Made by a program: the position numbers and the translations under genes. Positions 57,043 to 64,000 of a DNA stretch of 64,000 bases are shown piece by piece (position 1 is the stretch's first letter; each line of letters begins with the position of its first letter). The stretch lies in contig JAJFFT010000004.1 of the NCBI GenBank assembly GCA_021776525.1, forward strand, positions 344,499 through 408,498, in the 5' to 3' direction. The DNA is from Robiginitomaculum sp. (GTDB lineage: Bacteria > Pseudomonadota > Alphaproteobacteria > Caulobacterales > Maricaulaceae). The notes below the pieces were generated by a model, which was not told the origin of the DNA, made no database searches, and was given only the letters and a program-made list of their open reading frames with translations.

Positions 57043-58026
57043 TTATCTCATGGCCTCGACCCAGCGCAACATAAAGGGGCCAAGCGCCAGAGCAATGACA
57101 TAGACCAGCCCGGCAGTTTTATTATTCTTGAAGGCCCGCAAACATGATGCAGTATCATTAAAATCGGTGCGGGTGATCTGTTCGGATAGAAAAAATGCAA
57201 ATAACAGAACCGGCATCCAGCTGCCCACCAAGGCGGCTTGGTCGGCGTGTTTTGCGGTTTCCTCTACACCGGCAAAGGCCAGCAATAAAAGACAGGCGGC
57301 ATAAATGATGATCAACGCCGATTTGGTGTGTCGGCCAAATAATCGCGCCGTCGATTTAATACCGATCAAGGCATCGTCTTCCTTGTCCTGATGGGCGTAA
57401 ATAGTGTCATAACCCAAGGTCCAAAAAAACAGACCCGCATAGGCCAGAAGCAGCGCCGGTGTGATCGCCCCGGTGATGGCTACATATCCCACCAGCACGC
57501 CCCAATTAAATGTCAGGCCCAGCCAGGCCTGGGGCCAAAAGGTGATGCGCTTCATAAACGGATAGCCCAAGATCAGCGGCAAAGAGCCCAGCGCCACCAG
57601 CCGCGCCGTGGGGGGCAGGACGAGGAGCACACCAAGGCCAACCAGACATTGGGCCAGCAAAAACGCCCAAGCGGATTTCAGGCTGACCTGACCAGAGGCG
57701 ATGGGGCGTTTGGCGGTGCGTTCCACCTTGGCATCCAGATCACGGTCGACAATATCATTATAGGTGCACCCGGCACCGCGCATGGCCAACGCCCCGATCC
57801 AAAGCGCCAATCCTAAAACCAGATCAAACATCTGCCATGGCCGCGTTAAATGCGCCAATGCGATGCCGACCCAGCACGGAATGGCCAACAGCCAAAAGCC
57901 AATGGGGCGATCATAGCGCGCCAATCTGAGATAGGGCCGCCAGCGTGTCGGGGCCAGCGTATCGACCCAGCCCTGGGGCACCGCGTCATTGATGGTTTGT
58001 GGATCAATACTCATGCCCTGTTGCAA
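57043..58026 (-). CDS. ubiA: 4-hydroxybenzoate polyprenyltransferase
   Basis: 327 aa, polytopic, with UbiA-family Asp-rich motifs (NDIVDRDLD and YAHQDKEDD). Confidence 0.93.
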   Translation of the reverse strand: MQQGMSIDPQTINDAVPQGWVDTLAPTRWRPYLRLARYDRPIGFWLLAIPCWVGIALAHLTRPWQMFDLVLGLALWIGALAMRGAGCTYNDIVDRDLDAKVERTAKRPIASGQVSLKSAWAFLLAQCLVGLGVLLVLPPTARLVALGSLPLILGYPFMKRITFWPQAWLGLTFNWGVLVGYVAITGAITPALLLAYAGLFFWTLGYDTIYAHQDKEDDALIGIKSTARLFGRHTKSALIIIYAACLLLLAFAGVEETAKHADQAALVGSWMPVLLFAFFLSEQITRTDFNDTASCLRAFKNNKTAGLVYVIALALGPFMLRWVEAMR

Positions 58027-58089
58027 ACGAATATGGAGGAAAGGTCAAGAGGGCTTGACCTGCACCCCGCCATCAGGTGCATTTGCGTC

Positions 58090-58863
58090 ATGAAAGCTGC
58101 GCCCCGCCTCTATGTTGATGAACCGCTCTGTGTGGACCAGAATATCACGCTGGATCGTGATGCGGCCCATTATGTGACCAGTGTGATGCGTCGCCGCGTT
58201 GGCGATGACATGCGCCTGTTTAATGGCCGCGACGGTGAGTGGACGGCCCAGGTCACGACGTTGGACCGCAAAGCCGCCAGCCTGACGGTTACGACACAAA
58301 CACGCACTTTTTCCAATGTCCCTGATCTGCATTTACTGTATGCGCCGGTCAAGAAAAACCGATCCGAATTTATTGTTGAAAAAGCCACCGAATTGGGGGT
58401 GAGGGCCATGCTTAGCATCCAGACGGAACGCACCAATGCGCGGCCCTTGCGCCATGATCGCATGGTGTTGATTGCTCGTGAAGCGGCCGAACAGACCGAG
58501 CGTCTGGATGTGCCGCATATCGGCACGCATACCCCGTTAAAAACAGTGTTGGAGGATTGGGACGAAAGCCGGGCCTTATATTTTTGCGACGAAGCCGGCG
58601 ATAGTGGGGAACAGCCTTGGGGCGGATCAAAGGGGAGGGCGCGGCCGATGCTGGACGTTCTTGACGGGCACCAGGCAAGCCAGCGCAAAGCAGCCATTTT
58701 GATCGGCCCTGAGGGCGGGTTTTCAACGCAAGAGCGCGCTTTTTTACGCAGCCATGCCTTTGTGCACCCGGTGACCTTGGGGCCACGGATTTTGCGTGCC
58801 GATACGGCGGCGCTGGCGGCGCTGACCCTTTGGCAATCGGTATTGGGCGACTGGTCCGCATAA
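58090..58863 (+). CDS. rsmE: 16S rRNA (uracil1498-N3)-methyltransferase
   Basis: 257 aa from MKAAPRLYV, with a PUA-like N-domain and a SPOUT C-domain (IGPEGGFS, LGPRILRADTA). The track start at 57850 overlaps ubiA on the other strand. Confidence 0.9.
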   Translation: MKAAPRLYVDEPLCVDQNITLDRDAAHYVTSVMRRRVGDDMRLFNGRDGEWTAQVTTLDRKAASLTVTTQTRTFSNVPDLHLLYAPVKKNRSEFIVEKATELGVRAMLSIQTERTNARPLRHDRMVLIAREAAEQTERLDVPHIGTHTPLKTVLEDWDESRALYFCDEAGDSGEQPWGGSKGRARPMLDVLDGHQASQRKAAILIGPEGGFSTQERAFLRSHAFVHPVTLGPRILRADTAALAALTLWQSVLGDWSA

Positions 58864-58973
58864 CTAAATAATGACAAAAAATTAAAGGGTATTTCAGTGG
58901 CTCGCCAGTTTGTGACTTGCCGCGAGCAGATTGGCTTCCTAAATCAGATAGTTCGGGTTTAAGGAGTGGCTGA

Positions 58974-60335
58974 ATGGCTGGCATGGATAAAACGGCACCG
59001 ATTGAAAACAAGGCGGTGCTGGTGGATTACCTCGCCTCGGGGTGTAAACCTCAAAGTGAATGGCGTATCGGCACCGAACACGAAAAGTTTGGTTTTGCGC
59101 TGGATAGTCATACGCCGCTGCCCTATGAGGGCGATGGCCCAACGATCAAAAAAATGCTGGAAGGCCTGCAACAATATGGCTGGGCGCCAATGATCGAAGA
59201 GGGCTATCTGATCGGTTTGTCTCGCGACGGGGCGACCGTGACGTTGGAGCCGGGTGGCCAGTTTGAACTGTCTGGCGCGCCCCTTGACGACATTCATGAA
59301 ACCTGTTCCGAGGTGAATATCCATCTCAAAGAGGTCAAAAAAATCGCCGATGAAATGGGCGCCGGGTTTTTGGGGTTGGGCTTTTCGCCGGTCACCAGCC
59401 TTGAAGATACGCCGATTATGCCCAAGCCGCGCTATAAAATCATGCGTAATTATATGCCCAAAGTGGGGCGTCTGGGTCGCCAGATGATGTTCCGCTCTTG
59501 CACTGTTCAGGTTAATCTGGATTTTTCCAGCGAGCCGGACATGGTGAAAAAATTTCGCACTTCGCTGGCCTTGCAACCGGTGGCCACGGCATTGTTTGCC
59601 AATTCACCGTTTGCTGATGGCCGTCCCAATGGCTTTTTGTCTTACCGCAGCTATATCTGGGGCGATACCGACCCGGATCGTACCGGCATGTTGCCGTTTG
59701 TGTTTGAAGACGGTTTTGGGTTTGAACAATATGTCGATTATGCGCTTGATGTGCCGATGTATTTCGTCAAACGCGACGGCCATTATCTGGACGCATCGGG
59801 CAAAAGCTTTCGCGACTTTATGGCAGGTAAACTGGACATATTGCCCGGCGAAAAACCGTCTTTGAAAGACTGGGAAGACCATATCTCGACTATCTTCCCC
59901 GAAGTGCGCTTAAAAACATTTCTTGAAATGCGCGGCGCAGATGGTGGCCCTTGGTCGCGTCTGTGCGCCCTTTCGGCCTTCTGGACCGGCATTTTTTATG
60001 ATGCAGAGGCGTTGGACGAGGCCTGGTCACTGGTCAAGGACTGGAACGTCTATGAACGTGAAGGTCTGCGCCGCAATGCGCCAACGCTGGGGCTGAACGC
60101 CCCCTTCCGGCTGACCACTATGCAGGACCTTGCCAAAAAGGTTCTGGAGATTTCCCATAACGGCTTGAAACGCCGGGCCCGGCATAATGCCTATGGCGAA
60201 AACGAGAGCCTGTTTCTGCGCGGCATGGAAGACATTGCCCGGGCCGGCATCACGCCTGCCGAAGAGCTGATCGCCTGTTATCACGGCGAATGGGAAGGTG
60301 ATCTGGATATGATATTCACGGCGGGTGCCTACTGA
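58974..60335 (+). CDS. gshA: glutamate--cysteine ligase, plant/alphaproteobacterial type (GCS2)
   Basis: 453 aa (IGTEHEKFGF, EPGGQFELSGAP, TVQVNLDF, FPEVRLKTFLEMRGADG). Confidence 0.9.
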   Translation: MAGMDKTAPIENKAVLVDYLASGCKPQSEWRIGTEHEKFGFALDSHTPLPYEGDGPTIKKMLEGLQQYGWAPMIEEGYLIGLSRDGATVTLEPGGQFELSGAPLDDIHETCSEVNIHLKEVKKIADEMGAGFLGLGFSPVTSLEDTPIMPKPRYKIMRNYMPKVGRLGRQMMFRSCTVQVNLDFSSEPDMVKKFRTSLALQPVATALFANSPFADGRPNGFLSYRSYIWGDTDPDRTGMLPFVFEDGFGFEQYVDYALDVPMYFVKRDGHYLDASGKSFRDFMAGKLDILPGEKPSLKDWEDHISTIFPEVRLKTFLEMRGADGGPWSRLCALSAFWTGIFYDAEALDEAWSLVKDWNVYEREGLRRNAPTLGLNAPFRLTTMQDLAKKVLEISHNGLKRRARHNAYGENESLFLRGMEDIARAGITPAEELIACYHGEWEGDLDMIFTAGAY

Positions 60336-60424
60336 ATATTGGCCATGCAATTTTATATGATTGCCTCATAGCGTAAAAAAGAACATAATAGAAACATTGA
60401 TAATGTTTAATATTGGAGAACGCC

Positions 60425-60808
60425 ATGATTGGATACGTTACCGTCGGCACAAATGATTTTGATGCATCGGCAAAATTTTATGATGACCTGCTGGCTGTAC
60501 TTGGTGGCAAGCGCATGATGGACGAGGATACTTTTATCGCCTGGGGCGCCGGTGGTAACGGCGCGGCTGTTTCTATCATCAAACCATTTGATGGCGAAAA
60601 GGCCTCTTCTGGCAATGGAACCATGCTGGCTCTGGCTGCCAATACAACTGATCTGGTCGATCAGGTGTATGCCAAAGCCATTGAGTTGGGCGGCGTTTGT
60701 GAAGGCAAGCCCGGCCCGCGCGGCGAAAGCGGATTTTACGCCGGTTATTTTCGTGACCCGGATGGTAATAAGCTGAACGCCTTCTTCATGCCCGGCATGG
60801 GCGGCTAA
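60425..60808 (+). CDS. VOC (glyoxalase) family protein
   Basis: 127 aa from MIGYVTVGTNDF, with a GGAGA Shine-Dalgarno (...YFRDPDGNKLNAF). The palindrome AAACATT-gat-AATGTTT lies at 60392-60408 upstream. Confidence 0.8.
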   Translation: MIGYVTVGTNDFDASAKFYDDLLAVLGGKRMMDEDTFIAWGAGGNGAAVSIIKPFDGEKASSGNGTMLALAANTTDLVDQVYAKAIELGGVCEGKPGPRGESGFYAGYFRDPDGNKLNAFFMPGMGG

Positions 60809-60827
60809 GGCCTGATTTTTGACTGAC

Positions 60828-60875
60828 CGTGAAGGGTGCGCTTTGTGCCCTTCACGGGTTTACTTTCTTTCTTCT
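60828..60875 (+). terminator. rho-independent terminator
   Basis: A 10-bp stem CCGTGAAGGG/CCCTTCACGG is followed by a T-rich tract (GTTTACTTTCTTTCTT). Confidence 0.7.
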
Positions 60876-60959
60876 GCTCTTGAGCACAGCCCGTCAGCGT
60901 GCTTTGGTACACCCTAACGCGACTCTTAATGACGCGACCATAAACTGGGGAGTACCATC

Positions 60960-62699
60960 GTGGTAGAAACACAAGCCGGGGCAGCAGCCGCCGGATCTCA
61001 CGACACGTCATTTTTTGGCCACCCGCGCGGGTTGGCCATTTTGTTTTTAACAGAGATGTGGGAGCGGTTTTCCTATTACGGGATGCGCGGCCTGCTGATC
61101 ATTTATCTCACACAGCATTTTTTGTTTTCAGATCAGCATTCGGCACTGATTTATGGCGCCTATATCGCGCTGGTTTATGTGATGGCCATCTTTGGCGGCT
61201 CGCTGGCAGATAAGTATCTGGGGCAGCGAAAAGCCGTCACTTTTGGGGCGATTTTGCTGGTCATGGGCCATTTTGGTATGGCGTTTGAGGGCGGTGGCTC
61301 AAAAGAAGTGATGGTCGTTGATGGCCTGGAATATCAACTGACCCTTGAGGGGCGGGGCGGGGACGCGACCCCAATTGTTAAATCAGCCATCGGGCAATCA
61401 GAAATCTCGTTTAGCGAGGGCGCATCGCATATGATCATTGCTGATCCTGCTGCGGTCGGCCTGCCGGCTCAGATCGCTACGGATTCTTACGAAACACAAA
61501 CAACGCGCGAGCCGCTATTTGTGGGTGTTCTCTACCTCTCTCTGGCCCTGATTATTGCCGGGGTCGGCTTTTTGAAGGCCAATATTTCAACCATTGTTGG
61601 CGACCTTTACGGCCTGCATGATGCCCGTCGCGATTCCGGTTTCACCATCTTTTATATGGGCATCAATCTTGGCTCATTCCTGGCCTCATGGTCTTGCGGG
61701 ATATTGGGCATTGTCTATGGCTGGAAATATGGTTTTGGCCTGGCCGGTATCGGTATGCTGGCGGGTCTTTTGATCTTCCTGCGCTATCAGGGATGGCTTG
61801 AAGGCCGTGCCGAGCCACCGGATCCTGCCAAGCTGAAAGAAAAAGTCTTTGGCCCGATCAATGTTGAATGGGCCTGTTATTCTTCGGCTCTGTTGATGAT
61901 GGCTGTGGCCATGAGCCTGATTATGAACCCCGCGCCTGCGGCCAAGTTGATGGCGGCCACCGGCGTGTTGATGGTGTTGTTTTTGATCTGGTACAGCTTT
62001 GCCAAAGTTGACGGAAAATATCGCAGCCGCGTTTGGGCCGCGACTTATTTTGCCTTGGCGCAAATTCCGTTCTGGTCGTTGTTCGAACAAGCCGGATCAT
62101 CGCTGACCTTATTCACGGACCGTCTGGTGGATCGCAACATTGCGGGCTGGTCTGTGCCAACGCCGGTGTTTCAGTCCCTGAACGCTGGGTTTATTTTCAT
62201 TTTCGCACCGTTCATTGCCTGGCTGTGGATCTGGATGGCCAAACGTAAAATTGAACCATCGACACCAGTGAAATTCTCAATTGGTATATTCGGGGTTGGT
62301 CTGGGCTTTTTGGCGCTGGTCGCAGGTATGAAAAGCACTGGCGCAAGCGCGCTGACACCGGTCTATTTCATTTTCATGGTTTACTGGATTCATACCATGT
62401 CTGAATTGATGCTCTCTCCGGTGGGCCTTTCGGCGATGACCAAGCTGGCACCGCCTCATGCAGCGGGTCTGATGATGGGCACATGGTTCTTATATTCCGG
62501 CCTGTCCAACTCGCTTTCCGGCGTCATTGCCGGGGCTACGGGGGCGGAAACCATTGGCGGCAAGATCATTGATGTGACGGCCGCCAAAGCCGGTTATGCC
62601 TCTGTCTATACCAATGTTGGTACGGTGGCGATCGGGGTCTCGGTATTCATGTTATTGATCTCACCGATTATCAAAAAATGGATGAAAGAGGCGGGTTAA
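60960..62699 (+). CDS. proton-dependent oligopeptide transporter (POT/PTR2, DtpT-like)
   Basis: 579 aa with the PTR2 signatures ExxERFxYYG (TEMWERFSYYGMR) and GGSLADKYLG, and the FYMGINLGS motif. It carries an insertion of about 60-75 aa after TM4. The start is a GTG. Confidence 0.9.
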   Translation: MVETQAGAAAAGSHDTSFFGHPRGLAILFLTEMWERFSYYGMRGLLIIYLTQHFLFSDQHSALIYGAYIALVYVMAIFGGSLADKYLGQRKAVTFGAILLVMGHFGMAFEGGGSKEVMVVDGLEYQLTLEGRGGDATPIVKSAIGQSEISFSEGASHMIIADPAAVGLPAQIATDSYETQTTREPLFVGVLYLSLALIIAGVGFLKANISTIVGDLYGLHDARRDSGFTIFYMGINLGSFLASWSCGILGIVYGWKYGFGLAGIGMLAGLLIFLRYQGWLEGRAEPPDPAKLKEKVFGPINVEWACYSSALLMMAVAMSLIMNPAPAAKLMAATGVLMVLFLIWYSFAKVDGKYRSRVWAATYFALAQIPFWSLFEQAGSSLTLFTDRLVDRNIAGWSVPTPVFQSLNAGFIFIFAPFIAWLWIWMAKRKIEPSTPVKFSIGIFGVGLGFLALVAGMKSTGASALTPVYFIFMVYWIHTMSELMLSPVGLSAMTKLAPPHAAGLMMGTWFLYSGLSNSLSGVIAGATGAETIGGKIIDVTAAKAGYASVYTNVGTVAIGVSVFMLLISPIIKKWMKEAG

Positions 62700-62766
62700 A
62701 GTGTCGTATGGCTATGGCGTATAAGCGCCAAGGCCAGCCAAGACGCCCCCGTTGCGGAGTATAAAC

Positions 62767-63522
62767 ATGCAAAGCATGGGGGTTATTGGTCTGGGGGCCT
62801 TTGGGCAATTGCTGGCGCAACATATGCGCCCGTATTTTGAACTCAAAGTTCATGATCCTTCGGATCAGGCCAAAGCCTTTGCCCAGGCCAATGACATAGC
62901 ACTGACCAGTTTGGCCGATTGCGCCAGCGCCCAGATTGTGGTGCTGGCTGTTCCGGTTTTGCAGATCGGTCCGGTGGCGCATGCCATTGCATCCTTTGTG
63001 CGCCCTGGTGCAACTGTGTTTGACGTGGCCTCGGTCAAAGTCGGCCCGGCGCAGGCCATGAAAGCCGCGCTGCCCGACCATGTCCGCATTATCGGCACAC
63101 ACCCTTTGTTTGGTCCGCAAAGTGCGCTGGGCGGGCTGGATGGTCTGAAGATAGCCATTTGCCCGGTGCGCGGTGCCGGTTCAAAACGGGTCGCACAGGT
63201 GATCGCGTTTTTGCGGGGCGCTTTGCAGCTGGATGCCTTTGAAAGCAACCCGGTGAGCCATGACAAGGACATGGCCATGGTTCAGGGCCTGACCCATTTG
63301 ATTGCCAAAGTGCTGGACCAAATGGAGCCATTACCGCGTCGCCAGACGACTCTCAGCTTTGATTATCTGGTTAATGCCATGCAATTGGTACGCGGCGATT
63401 CGGACGAGTTGTTTCGCGCCATCGAGCGTGAAAACCCATATTCAGCTGACGTGCGCAGCCGCTTTTTTCGTCTGATTGACGAGCTTAGAGTGTCGCTGGA
63501 AAACGGTGAAGGTAGCGCGTAG
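62767..63522 (+). CDS. prephenate/arogenate dehydrogenase family protein
   Basis: 251 aa from MQSMGVIGLGAFGQ (Rossmann GxGxxG, GGAG Shine-Dalgarno 8 nt upstream). It contains GTHPLFGP, typical of TyrA proteins. Confidence 0.8.
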   Translation: MQSMGVIGLGAFGQLLAQHMRPYFELKVHDPSDQAKAFAQANDIALTSLADCASAQIVVLAVPVLQIGPVAHAIASFVRPGATVFDVASVKVGPAQAMKAALPDHVRIIGTHPLFGPQSALGGLDGLKIAICPVRGAGSKRVAQVIAFLRGALQLDAFESNPVSHDKDMAMVQGLTHLIAKVLDQMEPLPRRQTTLSFDYLVNAMQLVRGDSDELFRAIERENPYSADVRSRFFRLIDELRVSLENGEGSA

Positions 63523-63528
63523 AGCGCC

Positions 63529-64000
63529 TTAACCCTCAACTTTAGGCAGGTTTTTTTCCACCGCTTTGCGGATCTTTCTCGACATCGGTTTGACGATGGT
63601 CGGGAATGAGCCAACCAGATTGCCTTGCGGGTCGATCAGGTATTTGTGGAAATTCCATTTGGGGCCAGACCCGGTTTCACCGCGTGCCCATTTATAAAAC
63701 GGGTGTGCGTCTTCGCCCTTGGTGGTGATTTTGCTGGTCAGGGGGAAGTTGACGTTGAAATTCACTTCACAGAACTTTTTGATCTCGGTTTCTGAGCCCG
63801 GCTCCTGGCCGCCAAAATCATTGCTGGGGGCGCCAAGGACCACAAACCCCTGGTCGCGGTATTCTTCCCACAGGGCCTGCAAGCCTTCGTATTGCGGGGT
63901 AAAGCCGCATTCTGATGCGGTGTTGACCACCAGGACGGTTTTGCCGCGAAATTGTTCCAGCGGCAAAGGTGTATCGTCGATTGATGTAAAGGCATAATCA
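63529..64000 (-). CDS. glutathione peroxidase (Cys-type); N-terminus lies beyond the window edge
   Basis: The motifs VNTASECGFTPQY, LGAPSNDFGGQEPG and WNFHKYL are present. The frame stays open upstream of the track start to position 64000 (DYAFTSIDDTPLPLEQF). The catalytic residue is encoded by TGC, not TGA. Confidence 0.9.
   Translation of the reverse strand, partial: DYAFTSIDDTPLPLEQFRGKTVLVVNTASECGFTPQYEGLQALWEEYRDQGFVVLGAPSNDFGGQEPGSETEIKKFCEVNFNVNFPLTSKITTKGEDAHPFYKWARGETGSGPKWNFHKYLIDPQGNLVGSFPTIVKPMSRKIRKAVEKNLPKVEG

Noticed and set aside
63529-64000. Possible selenocysteine in the glutathione peroxidase.
   Set aside because: The catalytic position in NTASECGFT is encoded by TGC (Cys). 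There is no in-frame TGA and no SECIS-like element.
1-64000. Search for CRISPR arrays, tRNA/rRNA genes, IS elements, integrases and prophage genes.
   Set aside because: I saw no regularly spaced identical repeats, no tRNA T-arm (GGTTCGAATCC-like) motifs, and no transposase or integrase translations in the ORF track. The absence rests on visual inspection only. tRNAscan-SE, Infernal and ISfinder searches would be decisive.

Overview
This 64-kb chromosomal window appears to come from an alphaproteobacterium. The evidence is an alpha-type dcw cluster with an ftsL-like gene, a plant-type gshA and a class-A RNase P RNA. A Rhodospirillales-like origin is only a guess. From left to right the window holds:
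- the end of the 2-oxoglutarate dehydrogenase operon (sucA partial, sucB);
- a junction that looks lower in GC, with a small ORF, a structured-RNA candidate and a ParD/ParE-type toxin-antitoxin pair;
- a MarR plus Tat-exported nitroreductase-like operon;
- a complete respiratory nitrate reductase locus: an unusual NIT-Crp/Fnr regulator, narK1, narK2, narGHJI and an AlgE-like porin, linked by three FNR-type palindromes;
- accessory genes: MarR, amidohydrolase, VOC, a secreted esterase, and an XRE regulator with two paralogous 4-TM proteins, one apparently frameshifted;
- polA, an MDR oxidoreductase and a DUF1330 gene;
- a REP-like hairpin field and rnpB;
- an AmpD-like amidase, a DjlA-like co-chaperone and a fused 5-oxoprolinase;
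- the full dcw cluster mraZ-rsmH-ftsL-ftsI-murE-murF-mraY-murD-ftsW-murG-murC-murB-ddl-ftsQ-ftsA, then an inverted surface-antigen gene, then ftsZ and lpxC;
- a 460-nt spacer carrying a helically phased G-tract array;
- bamD, recN, an alkA-like gene, ubiA, rsmE, gshA, VOC, a POT transporter, a tyrA-like gene and a partial gpx.

I saw no rRNA, tRNA, CRISPR array, transposase or integrase. The most novel candidates are:
1. the NIT-Crp/Fnr regulator with a C-terminal Cys cluster, together with its putative three-box regulon, which includes an anion-porin gene;
2. the XRE plus duplicated membrane-protein module;
3. the phased G-tract array upstream of bamD;
4. a promoter-to-terminator structured RNA next to the TA pair.

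All calls come from reading the sequence and the ORF translations. No database search or computation was run.
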